From the NCBI GenBank assembly GCA_964019335.1, contig OZ025721.1, forward strand, positions 418,528 through 482,527: 64,000 bases of DNA, given 5' to 3'. This document shows, one piece after another, positions 33,970-44,740 of this stretch. Positions within the stretch are counted from its first letter, which is position 1. Each line of letters begins with the position of its first letter. Source of the DNA: Diplonema japonicum (taxonomy: Eukaryota; Protista; Euglenozoa: Diplonemea). The translations under genes and the position numbers were made by a program. A model generated the notes under the pieces. It saw only the letters and a list, made by a program, of their open reading frames with translations, was not told the origin of the DNA and made no database searches.

Positions 33970-34961
33970 GTACCCTTCCCCCCTTCCTTTGCTCATTTTC
34001 TTTTCGGTGCGGGGAGCGTGCTTGTGGAGGCGACTTAAAAAAGAAAAAGAAGAAGAAAAAAAAAAAAAGAACAAAAAGTTTTTTTTTTTTTTTTTTGCTT
34101 TTTTTTTTGGAAATTCGCCTGAGGGATTTTTTTTGAATGGGGTTCCCCCCCCCCCCCCCCAATGAAACGATATTTTCTTTTCTTTTCTTTTCTCCCCCCC
34201 CCCCCCTGCTCCACACCTCCTCGCTTTCGTCTGCGGTACACTCCTGCTTAAGACATTAAATATAATTTATCTTTTTTAAAAAAAAAAGCCGGTGATGTGC
34301 ACACTCACATACTGGAGAGGATCTTTTAAATTATATAAAAAAAAAAGGCCCCCCTTCCCGTTTCTTCTTTTTTTCACAATTGTCTTACGAAAGTCCCGTT
34401 TTTTTTGGGGGGGTAACTGCGATGACTAGGATAGGTGAGCAAAAAAAAAAAAAAAAAAATGCAATCCTTTGAATCTAGTAAACAATAAGTTCACTTCGTT
34501 TGTTTCATCCCTTTTTTTTTTTTTTTTTTTTTTTTGTTTCCCCTCCTTCCTTTTTTTTTTTCACTTGTTTTAACGTGGGATAATAGAAAAAAGAAAAAAA
34601 AAAAAAGAAAAAAAAAGAGAAAGAAAAAAGAAAAGGGGTGGAGCAAGAAGTTTTTTTTCCCCTCGTGTGTGTGTCTCGGTTTTTTCCTTGTTGAACATAT
34701 AAAGAAAATGGGGGAGGGGGAAGTGATACTTTTTTTTTTTTCCTTTTGTTTTACGAAAACTTTTTTTGAACAAAAAAAAAGGGGGGGGGGAAACTGAGGG
34801 GGAAAAAAAAAAAGAAAAAAAAAAATTGTGTGGAATTTTTCCCTTTTTTTTTTTTTTTCTTTCTTCTCGTAAAACTTTTTTCCCCTCTTTTTTTTTTTTT
34901 TTTTTTTTTATTTCTACAAACCCGAACACCATTATTTCCCAGGCCTTTACACTGTCATGAT

Positions 34962-35099
34962 ATGAACAAGGGTCATGTTGTTAAGTGGGTGGAAGGAAAG
35001 GACTTCGGTTTTTTAGAAGCTGATGCTTTTGATGAAGATGTGTTCGTGCACTCAACAAGCTTCACTGGAAGGGGACTGATACAGGTACTTTGGGGCGGG

Positions 35100-35130
<31 letters not shown>

Positions 35131-35509
35131 AGGGTGAACGAGTTTACTTCGACATCAGCACCAACAAGCAATCAGGCAGACGGCTAGAAGCCACCAACGT
35201 GACTGGCCCGGGTGTAGATACAAGGCAGCCCAAAACTACCCGAAGGGACCGAGAAGGCCGAGGCCCCAATGCTGCCCCATCTGAGTCGTCAAGTGAGGCT
35301 TCCGATCGTGACCGGAGGAAAACCCAGCACAGAGAGAGGGACAACAGAGACAGAGACAGGGACAGGGACAGAAGACGTGAGTCAAGGCGAAGGTTTAAAA
35401 AACAAAAAAAAAAAAAAAAAAACAAAACAAAAAAAAAATCAGACGCCGCAGCAGTACCCCAATCAGCGACTCGTCTTCGCAAAGCAGGAGACGCAGACGA
35501 AGGAGGTGA
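34962..35509 (+). CDS. Cold-shock domain protein with Arg/Asp/Ser-rich tail; 2 introns
   Basis: GHVVKW..KDFGFL, DVFVH, ATNVTGPG. Introns 35085-35132 and 35393-35442. Confidence 0.88.
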
Positions 35510-35645
35510 TGGGGGCTACGAGAGTGTGGTTTTTTTTTTTTTTTTCCTTTTTTTTTTCCCCCCCATTGCTTTATTTCTTGTATTAGGGCGGGAGGGGTGT
35601 TATCTGAGAAAAGAAGAAGAAGAAGAAAAAAAGAGGGAAAATAAA

Positions 35646-38116
35646 ATGGTGGAGAAATTAGAAAAATTGCTCCTCGTGAATCCGAACGTGGAGGAGGTGG
35701 TCCTCAGCAACGAGGGCCTGGATGACCTGCTGCCGTTGGTCCCGCTGCTGTCGAGGATGACGCATCTGAAGGTCTTGAAGTTGAACAACAACAACATCCA
35801 GAAGCTACCGGAGGACCTGTCGGCCCTGCGGTCCCTAGAGTACCTGGACATCTCGCACAACCCCATCCCTGGCCTTGGCGCAGTCATACGGGGCCTGTTC
35901 TCCCTCAACAGCCTGAAGCACCTGTACGTGGACCTACCTTACGAGACAGATGAAGACGAGATCATCGTGTCCCTGACGTCCTTGGAGTCCTTCAACGGTA
36001 CACCCTTAACAGATAACGGTGATGATGAACTGGACGATGTGGAAGAAAGAGAGTCTCCTGGTGGTGGTGTGGGTCTTTCCACAGCCCCGTTGCACCAGCC
36101 TCATGGTGCGTGGGGTGCGTCACCGGGGCTCCCCTCGCAGGCAGCCACACCTCCGTCCATGACTGGTCTTAACATCTCTATGCCGCCTCAACAGCAGCAG
36201 CAGCAGCAACAGCCTGTTCATGCATCGATTCCCCCTAGTACCAACATCCCCGCCGCCGCCCAGCAGTCGTCTGCATCTCACCTCCCTTCCCTCAGGTCCC
36301 GCTACTCCGCTCCTGGTCAGCAGCCGGGTGCGTCCGTCCCAGATGACTACCAGCCGAAGTGCAACTGGGAGTCCAGCGACATGGACCAGATCCAGCGTCT
36401 CTACCGCGCAGCCAACTCCGTCTCTGGCAGGATCGCCAACAAGGTCGAGTTCGAGGACTACGTCAAGAACATCATCGCGCACCTGCACACACTCCTGACG
36501 GGCGAGGAGGACCCGTACAAGAAGGAGTCGGAAATCCTTAAGGTCAAGAAAATGTATGGTGGAAACAAAGAAGAAGAAAAGAAAAAAAAAAAAAAATCAA
36601 CACCCCCCCCGCAGCATGTTCGAGTACTGCTTTGAGGAGATCTCGCGCAGCTCGTACAGGTTCGACTCCAACTTGTCGACGGTGCTCACCACTCTGCAGG
36701 AGACGTATGGGAATTAACGAAAAAACCACCCTCACAGGTACGCGAACCTTTTAGGAAACTACGACAACCTCATCAAGTCCATGCAGACGCACAAGGACAA
36801 GAAGCTCGAGGTCATGAGGACAGACATGCAACATGCTATTCAAGAAATCGAGCAGCTCATGCAGCAGATGGATGCGAAGGACGCTTATGGTGGTGGGATG
36901 GGCAGCGGGCGTGGCGGCGAGGACACCGCCCAAATGGCCAACGAGATCCAATGGCTCCGAAGCGAGAACGAAAAGCTGCAGGCGAGGCTGAGGCAGTACG
37001 AGGTCGGGAGGCAGAAAATGGCGTCTCAGATCGACAACGACTCAGCCTGGGGCAGCGAGAAGAAGGCGGGCAAAGGCCCCTCTGTAGGAAAGGCTTTGAC
37101 CCACAGGCAGCTCAAGGAAATCATCGAAGACATCTACGCCAGCAAATCAAAGTTCGACATCAAATGCCTCGAGACACACCTGCCCAGGGAGACCATGGAA
37201 CAACACCTCTACACTTACCTCAACCAGAAATACGGGCTTAAAAACCTCATCCTCGACTGGGCACAGGCCATCATCAATGGTGTCAGGAAGTACAGCGCGG
37301 AGGTATATTAGGAAAACAAAAAAAAAAAAATTATTTTTTTTTGAAAAGGACAACGATGTTGCGGTGTTTGGGAAGATCTTGCGAAATGAGATCGACGAAG
37401 AGTTCAGATTCGTGCAGAGGCAGTTGAAGGAGACCGTGCACGAGCTGCTGAGGATGTACCTTAAGGGGAAGATGCCCATGAAGGGTGATGACGAGGTGAA
37501 CAATCTGGTGCACAAGAGAACGGCGGGCTACATGCAAGAGGTGTTTTTCTTTTTTTTTTTTTTCTTTTCAAAAAAAAAAAAAAAAAAAAAAAAAATTCCA
37601 GGAGGAATGGGTTGACATCGTGAAGTACATGTACAACGCAGAGGACAGCGTTTCTATTATAATGAGGGTCAGAGAGGTCATTAAAGAAAAGAACCCTCCG
37701 AGGAGAAGGGCTGTTGGGAGAAGGTATACCTTTTAAAAAAAGGGGGGGGGGAAACTATTTTTTTTTTCAGAACGGATTCTGGCGCGCCCCGCGAGCAAAA
37801 CAGTATTCTTTACCACGACTTCTTGAAGGTCTTATTGGACTTCCAGCTGCAAGGGCACGAGAGGTTCCTGGGGAAGTTCGTGAAGCTCTTCAAACAGTTT
37901 GACGCAGACAAGAACGGAATCTTGAATGAGGCTGAGTTCGTGCAGCTCCTCAAGGCCATCGACCCTGCTAAGTTAGACGAGGAGATCAACGCCCTGCTGG
38001 ACCTGATTGACCCGCATGACAACCAGCTGATCAACTTCTCTGAGTGCGTCACCTTCCTCTCCTCAGAACTTGTCAAGATGATGTCTGAGATGAAACAGCA
38101 GCAGTCTATGGAATAA
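35646..38116 (+). CDS. LRR + coiled-coil + C-terminal EF-hand protein; 5 introns
   Basis: LRRs (LKVLKLNNNNIQKLP); ETMEQHLYTYLNQKYGLK; EF-hands DADKNGILNEAEF and DPHDNQLINFSE. Introns 36554-36614, 36705-36737, 37303-37348, 37541-37601, 37724-37770. Confidence 0.85.
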
Positions 38117-38984
38117 GAAGAGGGAAAAAAAAAAAAATTAGACCCCTGTAGATTTTATACAATTCCCCCCTCCCCTCCTTTTTCTGCATTAGATTTTTTT
38201 TTTTTTTTTTCCATGCTCCCACTCACCTCCCCCTCCCGGCAATTTTTTTTTTTTTTTTTTTTTGTAAAGGAACGAACATAATTAACCGGTGAGGGAACGT
38301 CTTTTTTTTTTTGTGTTTTTTTTTTCCTCACCTCTCCTCGCAGAGGAAGAAAAAAAAAAAAAGAATATCAAGAGGGGGGAAAAAAGAACTGGCCCACAAG
38401 CAAGAAAGTGAAAAAAGAAAGGCGTGATGGGGGAGGGGGGTCTTTATTTATTAAGAGGGAGCGGAGGGGTTTTTTTTTTCTTTTTTTTTTTAAAAAAAGG
38501 GTTCTAGTTTCTTCTTTTTTTTTTTCTGTTTATTGTAAAAAGAATGTCCGAGGGGGAATGGAGCCCTCATTGTTGTCACTTTCTTTTATTTTTTTTTGGA
38601 CCCTCCTCTTCCTTTTTAATACCCTCACCACTCCCTTTTTTGGTTCCTTCTTTTTTTTTTTTTTTTTTTTTTCTTTTTTTTTTTTTCTTTGACTTGCACG
38701 GACCTAGGCACTCAGTATGTCGAGTTACCCCCCTTTTTTTCCTTCCTGTCTGTATTTTACCCCCCTCCATTGTCCCTGAATTTTTTTTTTTTTTTCTACC
38801 CTTCCATTGCCTCACCTCCCAAAAAAAAAAAAAAGAAAAATCGCAAAACAAAAATGAGGCTCTCCCCACCCCCTTTGTTTTTTTTCCCAACAGCTTCCCA
38901 TCTCCCTTTTTTTTTTTCTTATTCTTTCTTTTCCCTCTCACAGCCCACCTTATAGTAGGGGGGGAAAGAAAAGAAAAAAAGAAA

Positions 38985-40139
38985 ATGCAAACCCTCAACG
39001 AGACATTTAATACAAAGATGGAATGGGTGGAAGAGCAGGTGAGACATGCAAAGGGGTACGTGAAGCTCTTGAAAGAAGCAGAGACACATGAGGAGAACTT
39101 CGAGGAGGTGAAAGACGAAGCAGAGTTCGAACTGGGCCTCGGCATGTCCCGGATGAAAGCGGGGCTGCGCGATGTACGTGCCACAGTGGAAGGGTACCAA
39201 CAGGAGATCAAATCCCGCATCTCCGAAAATGAAGAGAAATCGCAAATAATATCTGACTTACAACATGAGGTAGCAGTCTATAAAGAGAAGGAGATCATGG
39301 GGCCCATCCTTGCCGCGGAGGGTGTACAACGGCTTCTGATGTCGGGCATTCCCGGAGCACCACCACCACCTCCTCCTCCACCGAAAAAACCACCATGCTC
39401 CTGTGCAGAGCACACTACTGCCTCCGACCACTGCCCTCATCGTGAGACGCTTGCCAATAAAGTGATAGATGGTGTTTTTGACAGACACACATTGATTTTA
39501 CGAAAAAAAGTAAAGTCTTTGGAAGCCGAGCTAGCAGCGTTAAAAGCCACCCCACAGATCACCCAACTCGAAGAAGAAATCTTATCTCTCAAAACCGATC
39601 TTGAGGCTGTCAGCTCACGGTGGGTCGAAGCCTCTAACAAACACCTTTCTGCAAAGGTTGAAGCGGACACGCTGCGATCCACCGTGGCCGACCTCGAGTC
39701 CAAGCACAGTCGCGCGGAACAGCAGTACAAAGACATTCAGGAAGAAGGGAGGGTGTGGGGGGAGACCATTGCATTTTCATGTAAAAGGTTCAGGGAATCT
39801 GTTGCGGGGCTTGCGGGAGAGAGCGATGAAAACGAGAGTTCGGTCCCGTCGATGGTGAGCAGGCTGCTTGCTGACACCATGGAGTATGTCAAGAAGCTGT
39901 CGCAGGACCTTGCCAACGCCACCTCCAAGCCTGTGCAGCGTCGGGCACCGTCTCTGCCCCGTGTGAGGTCCGGCAGCGGGAGCAGCGTTGCAAACCCTGT
40001 CAAGCAGGAGGACCCCGACACCCACCACTACGCCTCCGGCCCGTCCTCGATCACACGGGCACCTATAATGCCCCGGACAGATCGCCCCAAACGTACACCC
40101 TCCAACCCTTCACTCGTGGTGAGGCTTGACCAGTTCTAG
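38985..40139 (+). CDS. Coiled-coil hypothetical protein
   Basis: ATG after an A-tract (MQTLNE); heptad-rich; central poly-Pro. Confidence 0.75.
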   Translation: MQTLNETFNTKMEWVEEQVRHAKGYVKLLKEAETHEENFEEVKDEAEFELGLGMSRMKAGLRDVRATVEGYQQEIKSRISENEEKSQIISDLQHEVAVYKEKEIMGPILAAEGVQRLLMSGIPGAPPPPPPPPKKPPCSCAEHTTASDHCPHRETLANKVIDGVFDRHTLILRKKVKSLEAELAALKATPQITQLEEEILSLKTDLEAVSSRWVEASNKHLSAKVEADTLRSTVADLESKHSRAEQQYKDIQEEGRVWGETIAFSCKRFRESVAGLAGESDENESSVPSMVSRLLADTMEYVKKLSQDLANATSKPVQRRAPSLPRVRSGSGSSVANPVKQEDPDTHHYASGPSSITRAPIMPRTDRPKRTPSNPSLVVRLDQF

Positions 40140-40260
40140 CTTCTCTGAAGTATAGTATCCCTAAATGCTATCCCCTACTCCCCCCTTTCTTTTTGACTTA
40201 ATTGTTGAAGGGATATAATAACATTATAGAAAGTGAAAATAAAAAAAGGTAGGGGGGGAA

Positions 40261-41064
40261 ATGGCCATGCTTCTGAAGGGCAGAACAGCATTGATCACAG
40301 GTGCGAGCAGGGGGATCGGGAAGGCCATCGCCGAGGTAATTTTTTTTTTTTTCTTTTTTTTTTTTTTTAAAAAAAAAACCACAATCTCACACACAAATTT
40401 AAAAAAAAAAAAGGCGTACGCAAAGCAAGGCGCGAACGTAATCCTTGTGGGCAGCAAGCTGAGCACTCTGCAGGAGGTTGAGAAGTGCATCAGCGGGGTT
40501 GAGGTCGTGTGCAAGGAGTGCGACCTGAGCGTGTCGGAGAAGGTGGACGAGCTGGTGAAGGAAGTGACAGCCTCGGGAGGCGTGGACATCCTTGTGAACA
40601 ATGCAGGGGTAAAAATAAACGGGAGCGCAACAGAGGGCGACCCTGCTGAGTGGGAGAAGATGATGGCCATCAACGTGAATGCCCCGATGAAGCTGACAAG
40701 AACACTCTCAGAGAAGATGGTGAACCAGAAGTGGGGTGCTGTCATCACCATAGGTTCGGTTTCCGGCATAGAGCCGATGCCGGGCAATGTGGCTGCCTAC
40801 GCTGCTTCAAAATACGCCATTGTGGGCTGGTCGCGTTCCATCTACACCTCCCTGCGGCACCACAACGTCAAGGTGATGATCGTGAACCCTTGCTACACGA
40901 ACACGGACATGGTGGCGGCCGACCCGAACCTCATCGGCAAGCGCATGATACAGCCGGGAGATGTTGCTGATGTCTGCATGCTGCCCTTCTCCCTCTCTTC
41001 GGGATGTGTTCCTGAGGAGATCACTTTGCGGTTGACACTCTCCCCCTTCAAAGATGCAAAGTAA
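40261..41064 (+). CDS. Short-chain dehydrogenase/reductase, copy 1; intron 40336-40413
   Basis: TGASRGIG, NNAG, YAASK. Confidence 0.93.
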   Translation: MAMLLKGRTALITGASRGIGKAIAEVIFFFFFFFFFKKKTTISHTNLKKKKAYAKQGANVILVGSKLSTLQEVEKCISGVEVVCKECDLSVSEKVDELVKEVTASGGVDILVNNAGVKINGSATEGDPAEWEKMMAINVNAPMKLTRTLSEKMVNQKWGAVITIGSVSGIEPMPGNVAAYAASKYAIVGWSRSIYTSLRHHNVKVMIVNPCYTNTDMVAADPNLIGKRMIQPGDVADVCMLPFSLSSGCVPEEITLRLTLSPFKDAK

Positions 41065-41530
41065 AAAAAAAAAAAAAAGAAGAAAAAAAAAAAAAGAAAT
41101 GGTGGAGATGCATTCTTCTTTTTTTTTCTTTTCTTTCCCGTGCGTGGTCTTGCTCTCCCCTCGAAGAAAGAAAAGAAAAGAAAAGAAAAAACAATAGTTC
41201 TGGTTGTTTATTACACTCTTACTTAAATAATTCACGAACGACGAAAAAAAAAAAAAGAAAAAAAACCCCTCATTAGTCGCAACGCCTATCTCTTTCTTTC
41301 CTTTTTTTTTTGTGGAAGGAGTCCTGCCACATGCAGGCCCCCAGGTAAATGTCTCTTTTTTTTTCTCTTTTTTTTTTTCCCTTCCGATTTTCGAAGCAAT
41401 TCGAAGACAGGACGGGCTGCCTAATTTGCCGCAGCAGAAAGAAAAAAAAAAGGAAGAAAAAAACCACAACGAAAAAAAACAAAACAAAAAAAAGTGAGAA
41501 ACAAAAAAAAAAAAAAAAAAGAAGAAAAAA

Positions 41531-42330
41531 ATGTCCATGCTTCTGAAGGGCAGAACAGCTTTGATCACAGGCGCGAGCAGGGGGATCGGGAAGGCCATCG
41601 CCGAGGTACTTTTCTTTCTTTCTTTATTTTTTTTTTTGAAAACCACAATTTTACACAAAAAAAAAAAAAAAAAAAAAAAAAGGTGTACGCAAAGCAAGGC
41701 GCGAACGTAATCCTTGTGGGCAGCAAGCTGAGCACTCTGCAGGAGGTTGAGAAGTGCATCAGCGGGGTTGAGGTCGTGTGCAAGGAGTGCGACCTGAGCG
41801 TGTCGGAGAAGGTGGACGAGCTGGTGAAGGAAGTGACAGCCTCGGGAGGCGTGGACATCCTTGTGAACAATGCAGGGATCTACGCGAAGGGCAACGCAAC
41901 AGAGGGCGACCCTGCTGAGTGGGAGAAGATGATGGCCATCAACGTGAATGCCCCGATGAAGCTGACAAGAACACTCTCAGAGAAGATGGTGAACCAGAAG
42001 TGGGGTGCTGTCATCACCATAGGTTCGGTTTCTGGAATGGAACCTATGTCTGGTGATGCAGCTGCCTACGCCACTTCCAAGCACGCCATTGTGGGCTGGT
42101 CGCGTTCCATCTACACCTCCCTGCGGCACCACAACGTCAAGGTGATGATCGTGAACCCTGGGTTTGTGAACACGAACATGGTGAGCGGCCCGAACGTCCT
42201 CGGCGAGCGTATGATCCAGCCGGGCGATATCGCAGATGTCTGCATGCTGCCCTTCTCCCTCTCCTCGGGATGTGTTCCTGAGGAGATCACTTTGCGGTTG
42301 GCCCTCACACCTTTTGTCGAGCCTAAGTAA
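41531..42330 (+). CDS. Short-chain dehydrogenase/reductase, copy 2; intron 41606-41682
   Basis: TGASRGIG, NNAG, YATSK; tandem paralog of copy 1. Confidence 0.93.
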
Positions 42331-42856
42331 AAAAAAAGTCCCTTACGTCTGTGGCCATAGTAGAGATCTCTTTTCCTTCTGATGTCCCCCCCCCCCTTCT
42401 TTCCCCCCTTTTTTTTTGTAATTTTCATTCTATACGTTGCACCGAGACCAAACCGGTGCTTTTTAAAAATATTAAAAAAAAAAATATGGGGGGATGTGGG
42501 TAACTTTTTATTCTATTTTTTCCCCCCGGAAAAAAAAAAAAAAAATGTGTTTTGAAAGGGGAGAGTTTTCTTTTTTCTTTTTTTTTTTTTTTTTAAATCC
42601 TTGTGGGGATACTAAACAAGGGTTTAAAAAAAAAAGGAAAAAAAAAAAAAAGAAAGTTATTACTGTGTGTTGATCCGACACGCGCTACATTTCTTCCGTT
42701 GGTTGTTGTTTAACACCCCTCCTCGTTTCATTTCCCAAATACTAAAGTTCATAAAGAGTACCGTCATGTAACTATTTATTACCACTGCCGGCACTTTTTT
42801 TTTTTCTCTTTTTCTTTTTTTTTTTTCTTTCTCTTCTCTTGTTTTTCTTGGTTTTC

Positions 42857-42913
<57 letters not shown>

Positions 42914-43017
42914 TATTTATTTATTATTTATTTACTTTTGTCCTCTGCGGGGAAAAGAAAAAAGGGGAAACTTGAAGGGTTTACACTACAAAAAAAAAAA
43001 AAAAAAAAACAAGAAAA

Positions 43018-43530
43018 ATGAACAACAAGGCAGCCCCGAAAGCAGCAGCACCGACACCCTTCGGCGGGTACGGCATCCTTGGGACAAAGGACGTGAACTT
43101 CGGCCCCACAAAGCTCATCACATCCCCGTCGGTCACCTGTGGTGGAACCAGAGACGAAGGCAAGGGACCTGACTACACGGTGTGGCCGTTATTTCTTTTT
43201 TTCCGCAAACCCGCAAAAGAAAAGAAAAAAAAGAAAGAAAAAAAAAAAAAAAAAATGGCTTTTCGAATTTCCATCAGCATTGACGTGCGTGTTGTGGGGG
43301 CCGGGTGCAAACAATTTTTATCTGCATAACTGTTACGTGCGTCTTTGCCCAGCGTGCTTGACTATCACGAACCAGATATACCAAGTCCTAAAAGCAAAAT
43401 CTATAGCACCCCGAGGCGCAAGCGAACAATTAAGCAACTGTCTAACTTGCGGGTGGGGTTTTTATAATTTATTTACTCCTTTGAATTCTCCCACGCACAG
43501 CTCAAGCAGTACACCTACACCTGCCATTAG
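43018..43530 (+). CDS. Microprotein type A, copy 1 (63 aa); exons 43018-43179 and 43501-43530
   Basis: MNNKAAPKAAAPTPFGGYGILGTKDVNFGPTKLITSPSVTCGGTRDEGKGPDYT|LKQYTYTCH*. Exons match across three copies while the introns differ. Confidence 0.82.
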
Positions 43531-43580
43531 AGGGGCGGGTAGCATAGGAAGAAGGGAAAGGAAGAAGAAGAAGACACGGG

Positions 43581-43613
<33 letters not shown>

Positions 43614-43677
43614 TACCTTCGTAAGTAGAGCATTTACTTCTATTAGTTGACACCAACTGTCGCCGCAGAAAGCAATT

Positions 43678-43719
<42 letters not shown>

Positions 43720-43754
43720 ACATAAAGTAACACTACACTTTGGACAACAAAAAA

Positions 43755-43969
43755 ATGGTCGGCAAGGCAGCCCCGAAAGCAGCAGCACCGACACCCTTCG
43801 GCGGGTACGGCATCCTTGGGACAAAGGACGTGAACTTCGGCCCCACAAAGCTCATCACATCCCCGTCGGTCACCTGTGGTGGAACCAGAGACGAAGGCAA
43901 GGGACCTGACTACACGGTGTGGCCGTTATTTCTTTTTTTTTCTCTTTTTTTTTTTTTTTCCTTTACTGA

Positions 43970-44000
<31 letters not shown>

Positions 44001-44034
44001 ACAGCTCAAGCAGTACACCTACACCTGCCATTAG
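43755..44034 (+). CDS. Microprotein type A, copy 2 (63 aa, starts MVGK); exons 43755-43916 and 44005-44034
   Basis: Identical to A1 from codon 4 onward; GT-AG intron 43917-44004. Confidence 0.82.
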
Positions 44035-44129
44035 AAAAAGGGCGGGTAACACTTTACACTTCATATTTTGTTATTTTTTCCTCTTAGCTTTTTCTCCTCC
44101 ACCCTCAGCCCACACTAGGAGTTGTCAAA

Positions 44130-44517
44130 ATGCCCGCACAGCAGCTTACGCTACACCACATGTGGGGAGGCTGCCCGCATGTCACGTCAGTGTCAGGTAC
44201 CATCGAGCCTGCACAGATGGCACCTGCGACGGTGACGCTGCACCAGGTATGGATTGCACCATCGGCAGCACTGCCACCACCCAACCCAACCACAGGCAAA
44301 GCTGAAGCCCGCCACTGGGAACGGCTTCACCGCAATTTACAAAAACGCGTTGTTCGGGACCACGCAAGAACAGGTATTCTGGGAGGGGAACACAAACAAA
44401 AAAAACAAAACAAAACAAAAAAAAAAACAAAACAAAAAAAAACAGGAATTCGGAACCGGCGGGACAAGCGGCTACAACAACGGAAGGGGAAACTTCTCGG
44501 GCTCCGTGGCGAAATGA
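44130..44517 (+). CDS. Microprotein type B, copy 1 (88 aa); exons 44130-44246, 44296-44373, 44446-44517
   Basis: MPAQQLTLHHMWGGCPHVTSVSGTIEPAQMAPATVTLHQ|AKLKPATGNGFTAIYKNALFGTTQEQ|EFGTGGTSGYNNGRGNFSGSVAK*; CAG|GTAT..ACAG introns. Confidence 0.78.
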
Positions 44518-44740
44518 TAACCCAAACACTACACACAAAATAAATAAATAAAAAAGGAAAATACCCTTTCCCCCCTCTCCCCTCCCCCCCCCCCTCGTAC
44601 ACATTTCATTGTTTTTTTTTTTTTTACCCCAACACCCTGCAACACACTACAAAACACCCCCACCAGGTTTGTATTATAAAAGGCGGGGGGGAGGGGTTTT
44701 TTTTTTTTTTTTAAACGAAAAAAAAAAAAAAACAACAACA

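Noticed and set aside
44130-44543. Unspliced 137-aa and 173-aa ORFs for type B (also 48860-49381)
   Set aside because: Their C-termini differ between copies and run through A-tracts, whereas the spliced model gives identical proteins and restores the TLHQAKL match to D (TLKQAKI).
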